Shown here piece by piece: positions 17,446 to 27,305 of a DNA stretch of 64,000 nt. The notes beneath the pieces were generated by a model. It was not told the origin of the DNA and made no database searches. It worked only from the letters and a program-made list of their open reading frames with translations. Each line of letters starts with the position of its first letter. Within the stretch, counting starts at the first letter, position 1. Made by a program: the position numbers and the translations under genes. The stretch spans positions 1-64,000 of the IMG/VR virus record IMGVR_UViG_3300020577_007133. One strand, written 5' to 3'. Source of the DNA: a virus (Duplodnaviria > Caudoviricetes).

Positions 17446-17566
17446 CAATCGATATTTGAGTGTAAGCAAGGTATAATATCAGTCGTTGGACTCTTACAGG
17501 TCGCGAACGGTGGTCTGATTGTCGTTAATCAGTGTAGGTACCCGGGAACCCTACGTTTATCAGAAT

Positions 17567-17596
17567 AGACCTCCAAGGAAACTTGGGGGTTTTTTT
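17567..17596 (+). terminator. Rho-independent terminator ending tRNA island
   Basis: AGACCTCCAAG-GAAA-CTTGGGGGTTT plus T run. Confidence 0.85.
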
Positions 17597-17795
17597 ATAA
17601 TAAAGTTGTTTTTGCTCAATAAAGTTGATAGCTTTATTAAAAGATTTTTACTTTATTATTGATTAAAAACAAAATATCCTTATAATTATAAATGAAACCT
17701 TGTTGCTGAGGTTCTCGTGTCCACAGAGGCATTTGAGTTGGAATTAATACCAACGAAGAGAAGTTCAATAAACATAAAAATAAAATAAGGAAATT

Positions 17796-18635
17796 ATGTA
17801 TTACTTACAAACAAAAACAGGTACGCCTTATGCGTATATCACAAAAGACAGAAAACGTCTTAAACAATTTGGACAAAATGTCTATCTAAACAATGGGGAT
17901 GAATTCGAACTTGAATTATTTAACCCATCAACTACCACAGTATTAGCGAAAATCAAACTTGACGGAAGTTATATTTCAGGAGGAGGAATTGTTCTTAAAC
18001 CGGGACAACGAGTTTATCTTGAGAGATATCTTGATGACCCACGTAAATTCAAATTTGAAACTTATGAGGTTGACGGAACATCAAATGAGGTATTGGATGC
18101 AATCGCCGGAAATGGGGATGTTGTTATCGACTTCTTTGATGAGTATAAACAACCGGTGTGGAATAATCCAATAACATATTATGGTGGTTCATTCGGTGGG
18201 CCAATTCATACTTATAGTACCAATACTTTTTCAGGTGGTTATGCTAATACAACATTAAGTAATAATGTGTCATTTACATCATCATCTACTTCTACAAGTT
18301 TTGCCGGCCCAAACAAAAGAGATTTTTTAAGAAGTACAACATCAAGATTAAAAAAATCAAAAGGTAATTCTCGTAGTGAAGTTACTATGGATATGTTATC
18401 TATGGACTCAATCGAAACCGGTAGAGTTGAAAAAGGTGGTTCATCTGACCAATCATTCAAAACCGTAGATAAAACTTTTTTACCTTACACTTGCTCAACT
18501 TCTATATGGAAGATTCTTCCTATGTCACAAAAGGTGTATGATAAACAAGAATTAAAAGTATATTGTACTAACTGCGGAAAAAAAAGAAAAAAAGATTCCG
18601 ATAAATTTTGTTCTTCTTGTGGGAACAAATTCTAA
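17796..18635 (+). CDS. hypothetical protein with C-terminal zinc ribbon
   Basis: YCTNCG..FCSSCGNKF. Confidence 0.75.
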   Translation: MYYLQTKTGTPYAYITKDRKRLKQFGQNVYLNNGDEFELELFNPSTTTVLAKIKLDGSYISGGGIVLKPGQRVYLERYLDDPRKFKFETYEVDGTSNEVLDAIAGNGDVVIDFFDEYKQPVWNNPITYYGGSFGGPIHTYSTNTFSGGYANTTLSNNVSFTSSSTSTSFAGPNKRDFLRSTTSRLKKSKGNSRSEVTMDMLSMDSIETGRVEKGGSSDQSFKTVDKTFLPYTCSTSIWKILPMSQKVYDKQELKVYCTNCGKKRKKDSDKFCSSCGNKF

Positions 18636-18738
18636 AAAATAAACAAATAACAAGGTTTCAAAATAAATCCATCATTTTTTTAGTGATGGATTTTTTTATT
18701 TAAAAAATTTGTTTATCTTTGTAGCAAAATTAAATGTT

Positions 18739-19188
18739 ATGTACAGAATTTATTTAGACGATATTAGAACCCCAACCGGAGATAATTGGATTGTTGTAAG
18801 GAATTACGACGAATTCGTTAATAAGGTTAATGAACTTGGGCTACCTAATATTGAAATCATTTCTCTTGACCACGATTTGGGTGATACTGCAATGGATGAG
18901 TATTTCAATAATGTTTCACCAAATTATGAATTGAATTATGATAACATTAAGGAGAAGACCGGGTATGACGCTGCTAAATTCTTGGTGTCATTATTTCACA
19001 ATACAAACGAAGCTCGTTTCAATATGAGTAGAAGTGAGAGAAAAGCTGACAAATTTGTATTTCCTTTGGTGTATGTTCATTCGGCAAACCCAATTGGTAG
19101 TGCGAACATAATGGGATATTTGAACAATTTTTATATGAACGAGGGTCAAGCACAAACTTGTATAAGAGTCCAAATACCACACGTATAA
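18739..19188 (+). CDS. cyclic-phosphate-processing receiver-domain protein
   Basis: IYLDDIRTP, ISLDHDLG, KTGYD, VHSANPIG motifs. Confidence 0.8.
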   Translation: MYRIYLDDIRTPTGDNWIVVRNYDEFVNKVNELGLPNIEIISLDHDLGDTAMDEYFNNVSPNYELNYDNIKEKTGYDAAKFLVSLFHNTNEARFNMSRSERKADKFVFPLVYVHSANPIGSANIMGYLNNFYMNEGQAQTCIRVQIPHV

Positions 19189-19679
19189 TGAATATATTTT
19201 TCTTGGATGAGAATCCAAAACTATCGGCACAATACCACGTAGATAAACACGTAGTAAAAATGATTTTAGAAACGGCTCAGTTATTATGTTCGGTTCATCA
19301 CGTAACCGGTCAAAATACCGACCAAGTTCCGTACAAGTTATCACATAAGAATCATCCTTGTGCGGTATGGGCTCGTGAGAGTTTATCGAATTATTTGTAT
19401 TTGTGTGAGTTAGGATTAGAATTGGGTGTTGAATATACTCATAGGTACGGTAAAAGACACAAATCAATAGATGTGATTAATTGGTGTATAATTAATAAAC
19501 CAAACATCCCGGATATTGGTTTTACTACTCCGGCAATGGCGATGCCGGATGAGTTCAAAACAGATTCTGTTGTGGAATCTTATAGAAATTATTATATGGG
19601 TGCTAAAGATAATTTGGCATCTTGGAAAAACCGAGAGAAACCATTTTGGTTTGGAAAAAAAGAATTACAATATGATTAA
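19188..19679 (+). CDS. pyrimidine-dimer DNA glycosylase / DenV-related family protein
   Basis: MNIFFLD..DKHVVKMILETAQLL..HKNHPCAVWAR. Confidence 0.8.
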   Translation: MNIFFLDENPKLSAQYHVDKHVVKMILETAQLLCSVHHVTGQNTDQVPYKLSHKNHPCAVWARESLSNYLYLCELGLELGVEYTHRYGKRHKSIDVINWCIINKPNIPDIGFTTPAMAMPDEFKTDSVVESYRNYYMGAKDNLASWKNREKPFWFGKKELQYD

Positions 19680-20334
19680 AATAGATAAAGAAAGAAAAGT
19701 TTTTGTAACATCCGATACACATTACGGACACAAAAACATTTGCCGTGGAGTAACGGCTTGGAGATTACCGGATGGTAGTATTCCAATATCTCAAACTAGA
19801 GATTTTCAAACAATCGAACAAATGAACGAAGCCATTATTAGTGGAATCAATAATGTTGTAGGGGAAGACGATGTGTTAATTCACTTGGGAGATTGGTCTT
19901 TTGGTGGATTTGAAAATATCCAAAAGTTCAGAGATAGAATTGTGTGTAAAGAGATTCACCTTATATTAGGTAATCACGACCATCACATAAAAAATAACCG
20001 GGAAGGTTGTCAGGAACTATTTGCTAGTGTTTCTCGTTCAGATATTATGACCTACAAATTCAAAACATTTGAATTGTTTCACTTTCCAATTGCTTCTTGG
20101 GAAAATCTAAATAGAGGTGTTATTCACCTTCACGGACACGTTCACTTACCTACAAACCTAAGATTTGGTAAAGGTAAAAAGATGGATGTTGGTATAGATG
20201 GTCACCCAACGTTTGGTGTATATGATATGGATGATATCATACGAATGATGGATAAACGTGAGATTATGTCAGATATGTTATTTGACCACCACACGGATGA
20301 GGTTGAAACTGAAGATGGAAAAAGACGTAAATAA
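19672..20334 (+). CDS. calcineurin-like metallophosphoesterase
   Basis: SDTH, LGD, GNHD, HGHVH. Confidence 0.9.
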   Translation: MIKIDKERKVFVTSDTHYGHKNICRGVTAWRLPDGSIPISQTRDFQTIEQMNEAIISGINNVVGEDDVLIHLGDWSFGGFENIQKFRDRIVCKEIHLILGNHDHHIKNNREGCQELFASVSRSDIMTYKFKTFELFHFPIASWENLNRGVIHLHGHVHLPTNLRFGKGKKMDVGIDGHPTFGVYDMDDIIRMMDKREIMSDMLFDHHTDEVETEDGKRRK

Positions 20335-20335
20335 T

Positions 20336-20614
20336 ATGAACGAATTAATTTGGAAATTTGAAATACCTGCTCAGACAAACTCTCAGGTAGAATTACCTCA
20401 CGGATGTGAGATATTAAGTGTTGGTTCTCAAGGGGATTTTGTTTTTATGTGGGGTAAGTTCCCGGAAGAATATAAAGACAGATTAGAGCCCCGAGAGTTT
20501 GAAGTTTACGGAACCGGTCATCCGATTCCGGGTGATGTTAAAAGAAAGTTTATTGGAACCGTACATATGTATGGAGGTTCATTAGTGTTTCACATATTTG
20601 AAAAATTAAGTTAA
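20336..20614 (+). CDS. hypothetical protein
   Basis: IWKF..GTGHP..IGTV..VFHIFE conserved phage pattern. Confidence 0.7.
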   Translation: MNELIWKFEIPAQTNSQVELPHGCEILSVGSQGDFVFMWGKFPEEYKDRLEPREFEVYGTGHPIPGDVKRKFIGTVHMYGGSLVFHIFEKLS

Positions 20615-20615
20615 T

Positions 20616-20891
20616 ATGGAAAAAGAAAGAGATTTAGTTATTTGTGCTTGTCATAGCACGGAACATCAGATGGTAATTTTGTATAGTGAAGATATTCTTG
20701 ATGGTGAGAGATATCCGGAAGTATATCTTCACATATTACTAAATAAACGACCTTTTTGGCAAAGGGTTAAGTATGGTCTTAAATATATTTTTGGATATCA
20801 ATCTCGTTATGGTGCATTTGAAGAAATAATTATTGATAAAAAAGATGTGGGTAAATTTAAGAAAGTTGTTGAACATTTAGAAAGTTTATAA
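20616..20891 (+). CDS. hypothetical protein
   Basis: Operonic ORF. Confidence 0.7.
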   Translation: MEKERDLVICACHSTEHQMVILYSEDILDGERYPEVYLHILLNKRPFWQRVKYGLKYIFGYQSRYGAFEEIIIDKKDVGKFKKVVEHLESL

Positions 20892-21103
20892 TGAAACAAT
20901 TTTTGATATTAATCACATTCATTATCTTAACTTCTTGCGGTGTTGAACAACGAATTAAAGATTATTCTTATACTGATAAGTGGTATTATGAAAATAATAT
21001 CCGGTATCAAGTTTATAAAACTAAACGTGGAACTCCTTATATTATCGTGTTAAATAAGAAAGAAACAAAGTTTAAAAGAAAATATATTAAAATTTCTTTA
21101 TAA
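20891..21103 (+). CDS. small lipoprotein
   Basis: MKQFLILITFIILTSC lipobox. Confidence 0.65.
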   Translation: MKQFLILITFIILTSCGVEQRIKDYSYTDKWYYENNIRYQVYKTKRGTPYIIVLNKKETKFKRKYIKISL

Positions 21104-21160
21104 AAAATTTGGCAGTTAATTTTATTAGTTATACTTTTGTCTCATCAAATAATAATAATT

Positions 21161-21532
21161 ATGGCAACACGTAGCAAAACTTTAGGATTACACGAATGGA
21201 CAAAAGAAGATAACATCTTAGCATTCTATTACACAAAATACGGAACTTATGGTTTGTATTTGAAAGATGAAAATTCATTGGCAAAATGGATTGGTTCTTC
21301 ATTAGGTTCTTTAAAAATGCAATCAGCCAACTTCCGTGGTCTTATGGGTGAATCTGAGAGAGCTTTGAGTGATTACTCAAAATTACAAGCGGAGGTGTAT
21401 AACGAGTATGGTGATATGTCTAAAATGGAATTGATGAAAGTTGCAAAACGTATCATCGACCAAGACACATACGAGAGAAATGAAATTTTGAAAAAAATGG
21501 GTAAAGACCCTAAAAAAATGGTAAGAGTATAA
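21161..21532 (+). CDS. hypothetical protein
   Basis: ORF after promoter. Confidence 0.7.
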   Translation: MATRSKTLGLHEWTKEDNILAFYYTKYGTYGLYLKDENSLAKWIGSSLGSLKMQSANFRGLMGESERALSDYSKLQAEVYNEYGDMSKMELMKVAKRIIDQDTYERNEILKKMGKDPKKMVRV

Positions 21533-22620
21533 TGGAAAGAAAATTAGCGTCGATTAGACGAATTAGTGACATCCAAGAAATCCCGGGAGCCGACTTAATT
21601 GAGTTGGCTCTTGTTGATGGATGGAAAGTTGTTGTGGCAAAAGATGTTGGTCACAAAGTTGGTAATTTGGTTGTATATTGTGAGATTGACTCATTTTTAC
21701 CAATCAAAGAAGAATTTGAATTCTTACGTAAGAGTTCGTATAAGAAAATGGGAGACCAAGAGGGTTTCCGATTAAGAACCGTTAAATTAAGAGGTCAGGT
21801 ATCTCAAGGGTTGATTTTACCAATATCAGTTTTTGGTGCATATGGTTATAGAATGTCCGAAGATTTACTTAACGAAAATCCGGCACTGGAACCTAACAAA
21901 AGTGTTATATCACCATCTGAAATGATTGAATTGGTTGTTGGTAATGATGTGACAGAAGTATTGGGTATTGTTAAATACGAACCACCAATCCCGGCAGAAC
22001 TAGCCGGAAAGGTTAAAGGATTATTTCCATCTTTCATCCGTAAAACCGATGAGGAAAGGATTCAGAACTTGGCTTCTGAGTATGAAGAAATGAAAAAACA
22101 CACTTACTACGAAACTGAAAAGTTGGATGGTTCTTCCGCGACATTCTTCTACAATAATGGTGAATTTGGTGTATGTTCTCGTAATTTAGAATTACTTGAA
22201 ACTGAAGGAAACACATTTTGGAAAGTTGCCCGTGAATTAGATTTGGAGAACAAAATGAGAGAGTATGGTATGAACATATCTTTTCAGGGGGAGCTCATAG
22301 GTGAAGGGGTGCAGGGAAATCCATATAAAATCAAAGGTCAAACCGTAAGATTCTTCAACTTGTTTGATATTGATTTACAGGTATACCATTCATTACCTGT
22401 CTTCAAAGAAACTATGAAAGAATTAGGGTTAGAAACAGTACCGGTGTTAAATACGAATTTCAAATTACCGGATACTATTGATGAACTATTGAAGATGGCT
22501 GATGGTAAATCAGAATTAAATCCGAACTTTGATAGAGAGGGTATTGTGATTAGAAGTTTGGATAGAAAAATCTCATTCAAAGTAATATCAAATAAATTTT
22601 TATTAAAACACGAAAAATAA
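21532..22620 (+). CDS. RNA ligase, DRB0094/Rnl2-like with N-terminal OB domain
   Basis: RKLASIRRI..VYCEIDS..SQGLILP; EKLDGSS, QGELIG, REGIV, FKVIS. Confidence 0.9.
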   Translation: MERKLASIRRISDIQEIPGADLIELALVDGWKVVVAKDVGHKVGNLVVYCEIDSFLPIKEEFEFLRKSSYKKMGDQEGFRLRTVKLRGQVSQGLILPISVFGAYGYRMSEDLLNENPALEPNKSVISPSEMIELVVGNDVTEVLGIVKYEPPIPAELAGKVKGLFPSFIRKTDEERIQNLASEYEEMKKHTYYETEKLDGSSATFFYNNGEFGVCSRNLELLETEGNTFWKVARELDLENKMREYGMNISFQGELIGEGVQGNPYKIKGQTVRFFNLFDIDLQVYHSLPVFKETMKELGLETVPVLNTNFKLPDTIDELLKMADGKSELNPNFDREGIVIRSLDRKISFKVISNKFLLKHEK

Positions 22621-22623
22621 GAG

Positions 22624-22950
22624 ATGAGTGGAGGTGCATTTGAATACCAGCAATATAATATTGGTCGTATCGCAGACCAAATAGAACAAACAATTATTAA
22701 GAATGGGGTTAAGAAGACCCCGGAAGAGATAAAAGATGATTGGCATAATGATGAGTGGTATGAAAAATACCCTGAAGATAAATTCCATTACAAATATCCG
22801 GATGAGGTTATTGAGAAGATGAAAGAGGCGGTTAAGGCTCTTAAGATAGCTCAAGAATATGCTCAACGAGTGGATTGGCTATTATCAGGTGACGATGGTG
22901 AGGAATCATTTTTGAGTAGATTGGACGAAAACTTAAAAAAAATAGAATAA
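22624..22950 (+). CDS. hypothetical protein
   Basis: MSGGAFEY..RVDWLLSGDDGEESF. Confidence 0.75.
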   Translation: MSGGAFEYQQYNIGRIADQIEQTIIKNGVKKTPEEIKDDWHNDEWYEKYPEDKFHYKYPDEVIEKMKEAVKALKIAQEYAQRVDWLLSGDDGEESFLSRLDENLKKIE

Positions 22951-22951
22951 G

Positions 22952-23977
22952 ATGTTAGAAAAACTAAATCAATATTACGAAGACGGATTACTTTACAAAC
23001 AAGTACATCCAACACTTCCATTAACCATATGGAACTACACAGAAACCGTGCAGTTTGAAGGAAAGTGGGACGAAATAACTTTGATGTGCCGTGGGTTGGT
23101 AACGGATGATAAAGGAAATATTGTTGCAAGACCTTTTACCAAATTTTTTAATATAGAGGAAGGAAAATACACTCCAACTGAAAACTTTGAGGTATTTGAA
23201 AAAATGGATGGTTCATTAGGTATCGTATTTTGGTACGAAGGACAATGGATACTTGCAACCCGTGGTTCATTCACCTCAGACCAAGCAGTCAAAGGAACCG
23301 AAATCTTAAAGAGATACAACACCGACATATTGTTTAGACATATGACTTTTTGTTTTGAAATTATCTATCCGGAGAACAGAATTGTTTTGGATTATGGTGA
23401 TGATGAAAAACTTGTTATGTTGGGAGCGTTTGACCGGTGGGGTAAAGATTATGATATCTCAGATTGGGATGAATGGGGATTTGACGTGGTTAAAAAATAC
23501 GATGGAATTAAGGACTTCAAAGAACTTAAAGCTATGGTAAAAGATGACCAAGAAGGGTTCGTGGTGAAATTCACCAATGGAGATAGAGTTAAAATCAAAG
23601 GGGTAGAATATCTACGTCTTCACAAAATTATGACCAATATGTCAACCACTGCCGTTTGGGAGTGTCTGAAAAATGGTGATGATATTGAAACTCTATTGAA
23701 AGATGTTCCGGATGAGTTCTATAAAAAAATCAAAGATTATGTTAGAGATTTGAGATACGCTCATTTCCAAATATCTGAGAGAGCGGGAAAACTTCACGAT
23801 GGATTCCGATATGGGAAATATGGTGATGTTGACCCGGAACCATCCAAAAAAGAATTTGCTGAGTTCGTATTCAAACAACAAAAAGTGTTACAACCTGTAA
23901 TGTTTGCGATGTGGGATAAAAAGAACTACGATGAAATTATATGGAGGATTATCCGTCCGGAATTTAAGAAACTTTAA
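22952..23977 (+). CDS. T4 Rnl1-like RNA ligase
   Basis: CRGL, ARPFTKFFN, EKMDGSLG, EGFVV, RVKIKGVEY. Confidence 0.9.
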   Translation: MLEKLNQYYEDGLLYKQVHPTLPLTIWNYTETVQFEGKWDEITLMCRGLVTDDKGNIVARPFTKFFNIEEGKYTPTENFEVFEKMDGSLGIVFWYEGQWILATRGSFTSDQAVKGTEILKRYNTDILFRHMTFCFEIIYPENRIVLDYGDDEKLVMLGAFDRWGKDYDISDWDEWGFDVVKKYDGIKDFKELKAMVKDDQEGFVVKFTNGDRVKIKGVEYLRLHKIMTNMSTTAVWECLKNGDDIETLLKDVPDEFYKKIKDYVRDLRYAHFQISERAGKLHDGFRYGKYGDVDPEPSKKEFAEFVFKQQKVLQPVMFAMWDKKNYDEIIWRIIRPEFKKL

Positions 23978-24052
23978 AAAAGTGGGACTTTTGTTCCACT
24001 TTTTTTTGTTTATTAGGTATTTATTTAGTATATAAAAAATATTATTTAAAAT

Positions 24053-24658
24053 ATGAGTGCATCAATTATTGTGGCGTTTATTACAGGAGTCTTAGGACCT
24101 GTTTTACTTTTATTTATTAAGAATAAATTAGAGAAAAAACCTGAAAAACCTGATATGGTTAAAGACGCTCTTAGAATTAGCGAATTAGTTAATAATAAAA
24201 TTGAGGATATACGTGAGGAATTAAGAGCTGATAGAGTTTGGATTGCACAATTTCACAATGGGGGTCATTTTTATCCAACAGGTAAATCTATGACCAAGTT
24301 TAGTATTATTTATGAAGTTGTGAATGGTAGTGTAACATCCATTCAAAGTAATTTCCAAGGAATTCCCGTAAATTTATTTAGCCGTTCAATAAACCAATTA
24401 TTAGATAATTGTATTATTGAAGTACCTGATTTCAAAGATGAAACTATAGCGACATTTGGTTTGAAATACGTCGCGGAGGAATCAGGATGTAAATCAGCCT
24501 ATCTATTCGCTATAAAAACTATTGACGAGAAATTTATAGGTATTTTAGGTATCGATTTTACAAAAAGAAAAACCAAATTAGATGAAAAATCAATAACTCA
24601 ATTAAAAGTTAGTGCAACATCCTTGGGTGGAGTATTGATGGATAATCTATCTCAGTAA
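24053..24658 (+). CDS. N-terminal TM plus GAF-like domain protein (T4 gpT-like holin candidate)
   Basis: One TM helix, then ADRVWIAQFHNG..IGILGIDF; late motif; next to peptidase. Confidence 0.6.
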   Translation: MSASIIVAFITGVLGPVLLLFIKNKLEKKPEKPDMVKDALRISELVNNKIEDIREELRADRVWIAQFHNGGHFYPTGKSMTKFSIIYEVVNGSVTSIQSNFQGIPVNLFSRSINQLLDNCIIEVPDFKDETIATFGLKYVAEESGCKSAYLFAIKTIDEKFIGILGIDFTKRKTKLDEKSITQLKVSATSLGGVLMDNLSQ

Positions 24659-24659
24659 T

Positions 24660-25226
24660 ATGAAAACATTATTAGAAACCTTTTCCACTATATCATCATT
24701 AGATTTATCTAATGTGACTACCGATAATGATAATACTAAATATGATACGGTATCAGACGCGTTAGTTAAGGATATTAATACCGCAGCCAAAAGAGCGGGT
24801 TTAAATGTTACTATCACAACCGCAAAGTCAGGACATAGTGAAATGACTAAATCAGGAAATAAAAGTAGACACACTACCGGGGAAGCTGTTGATATTTCAA
24901 TAATCAATGGTAAAAAAATCACAAAAGAACTTGGTGATAAATTGGTTGATGAATTAGAAAAATTAGGTTACGATACTAGTGGGTCTGAATATGGAAAAAG
25001 TAAATCTATTCTTTGGCAAGTTCAAGACCATTATAATCACATTCACGTTTCAAACACTTCAGATGTTGAATCATCAGAAATTGAGGATGAAAATAATGAT
25101 GAGTCTAATAGTGAAAACGAGTCAAAAAAATACGTCACAAAAATTCTTTCAAAAATGTTTGGATTAAATGAAAATAAACAAACTAAGGTTATTAATAATA
25201 TTGACCGAATAAAAAAATTACTTTAA
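24660..25226 (+). CDS. M15-like zinc peptidase (endolysin / virion peptidoglycan hydrolase)
   Basis: SRHTTGEAVDI and HYNHIHVS. Confidence 0.75.
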   Translation: MKTLLETFSTISSLDLSNVTTDNDNTKYDTVSDALVKDINTAAKRAGLNVTITTAKSGHSEMTKSGNKSRHTTGEAVDISIINGKKITKELGDKLVDELEKLGYDTSGSEYGKSKSILWQVQDHYNHIHVSNTSDVESSEIEDENNDESNSENESKKYVTKILSKMFGLNENKQTKVINNIDRIKKLL

Positions 25227-25253
25227 AAAAAAACCTCCAATCGGAGGTTTTTT

Positions 25254-25433
25254 TTATTTTACTTGAGTAGTATCTACTTGTGTTGTATCAATACTTGTAG
25301 AATCTACTGATGTAGTATCCACTGTTGTTGAATCACAACATACCTCAGTTGTTTCTTCCGGTTTATTTACTTTGTTACAAGAAGTTAATGATAATGTTGC
25401 AATCAATGTAAGTGCTAATAATACTTTTTTCAT
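25254..25433 (-). CDS. 59-aa lipoprotein with D-(S/T)-T pentapeptide repeats
   Basis: MKKVLLALTLIATLSLTSC..DSTTVDTTSVDSTSIDTTQVDTTQVK; not in ORF track. Confidence 0.75.
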   Translation of the reverse strand: MKKVLLALTLIATLSLTSCNKVNKPEETTEVCCDSTTVDTTSVDSTSIDTTQVDTTQVK

Positions 25434-25781
25434 AATAAGTTTTTTAAGTTAATTTTTAAGTTCGTTAAATAAATAGTTAATTTATTTTGTTAAGTCAAAT
25501 ATAATACCAAAAAAAATTTACGTAATCGTTTTAGTAAAAAATATTGTTAAAAAAATTTTGCCAATTGGAAAAATAGATTTACATTTGTCCCAAAATAATA
25601 AAGTATGGGTTATTACATTCCAATTATCGCTATATTCAAGTATTTAAAATCATTTGGTCCTAGTGGGGTTAAAAATGGTCTTAACGAATCTTTGTTTGGT
25701 TTTTGGATGGCATTTTATCACGCGACGTGGATTGGTGTCCCGGTTGGTTTGTTACTTTCGTTAATTATAAATAAATAATAT

Positions 25782-26735
25782 ATGGAAATTTTTAAGAAAT
25801 TATTTGGTGGTTCTGAAACATTAGTTATGGAACCGGTACAACCTCAAAAAACAGAAGAAGAGTTAATTGAGGAAATTCATAATGAGTTTGATACTGCCCC
25901 GGAGAGAATTCTCCAACAAGCATTATCGATTATTGGTGAACAACAAGCATCTAAAGTTTCATTGGAAAGTGAGATTGAGGATAAAGCACTTCGTTTAAGA
26001 AATCTTGGGTTTGTTAAAAATGGTATTGTTGATAAATTGGAAAAGATTGAGGAGAGAAATCGTCAGAAAGATTTAATCATTAATATGGAGATGAAAATGG
26101 CTAACGAGATTAGGTATTACGCTCGTACTTACCCATTCCTAAAATTCTTACCCGTTAGTGAATTGGATAGAATCTGTGATAAATACGGATTGGTTTATGC
26201 TCCGGTGAAACACTATAAGATGCCGGTTCCGGACAAGAATCTTAAAGAGATTGAAAATGCTCAACCATTAAAATCAACCGATGTTCAACCGGATGTTGTT
26301 ACCCGAACATATTATGATGATTCACATTATCGTAAAGGTGGTTACAATTATATTAAACAACTTCTTGGTGGTAATAGTTTTACTGATGATGAGATTCGTG
26401 AATTGGCTAAGAAACACGGAATTTCATTACGATGGAATAATACAAGTGATTTCTTTTGGCAAGTTGGTCGTGTGAAATTATCCGATGATGATATGTGTGT
26501 TACAAAAGAAGTTGTTGAAACTAGTTCTCGTTCAGGGTTGTTTATAGCGGCACCAAAGGACCATTTTGATTTAACCGGATTGACCTTTGATAAGAAAAAA
26601 GGATATTTCCAAACGACCATCCAAATCAAAAAAGACCCAATCGTATTTAGATATGTTAAGGGAGGTATTCAAGTATTATCAAAGTGGGGTCTTGAAGCTG
26701 ATGACCCAGCGTTACAGATTGAAATTTTGAACTAA
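25782..26735 (+). CDS. hypothetical protein
   Basis: 317-aa ORF, C-terminal KDPIV..SKWG. Confidence 0.75.
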   Translation: MEIFKKLFGGSETLVMEPVQPQKTEEELIEEIHNEFDTAPERILQQALSIIGEQQASKVSLESEIEDKALRLRNLGFVKNGIVDKLEKIEERNRQKDLIINMEMKMANEIRYYARTYPFLKFLPVSELDRICDKYGLVYAPVKHYKMPVPDKNLKEIENAQPLKSTDVQPDVVTRTYYDDSHYRKGGYNYIKQLLGGNSFTDDEIRELAKKHGISLRWNNTSDFFWQVGRVKLSDDDMCVTKEVVETSSRSGLFIAAPKDHFDLTGLTFDKKKGYFQTTIQIKKDPIVFRYVKGGIQVLSKWGLEADDPALQIEILN

Positions 26736-26736
26736 T

Positions 26737-27048
26737 ATGAAGTATAGAGTTGAAATCCGTCGAAATAATTTACGTGAAGAACCATACGTTGTTCAGGAAC
26801 GATGGTACATAACACCAAAACAAAGATTAAAATTAAAATCTTTGAGAGTTATCATCTCTGAAGAGAATGAGTTACCAAAAAACCTTCGTAATTATGAACT
26901 AATTTCAACTCTTGAATCCAAGTGTCTTGAAATTACTAACGGGTACGACGAAAAGTACGAGATATTCAGCGATGGAGGTATATACTTTGAATGTATCGGG
27001 AAATATAAAAAAATCCCGGACGGTTGGATGATAACAAAAAAAATATAA
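26737..27048 (+). CDS. hypothetical protein
   Basis: Operonic ORF. Confidence 0.65.
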   Translation: MKYRVEIRRNNLREEPYVVQERWYITPKQRLKLKSLRVIISEENELPKNLRNYELISTLESKCLEITNGYDEKYEIFSDGGIYFECIGKYKKIPDGWMITKKI

Positions 27049-27118
27049 AAATTTTCAAAATAAATTTGGCAGGTTAAAAAATAGTTGTATCTTTGTACCG
27101 AATTAAAAAAATAAACTT

Positions 27119-27304
27119 ATGGAAAGTAAATTATTATGGTGGGGTTATAAACACACCTCCGGAACTTATCAAGCTAAAAGATATTTTGATAGGTTGGATA
27201 TTCAAGAAGCGATGGAGAGTCCATTCTGTGAAACTGTGGTAGGTCCATTTGAAGCACAAAGTCGTGATGAGGCTTTACAGATTGTTGAACAAAAAACAAA
27301 TTAA
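27119..27304 (+). CDS. hypothetical protein
   Basis: ORF after promoter. Confidence 0.65.
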   Translation: MESKLLWWGYKHTSGTYQAKRYFDRLDIQEAMESPFCETVVGPFEAQSRDEALQIVEQKTN

Positions 27305-27305
27305 A

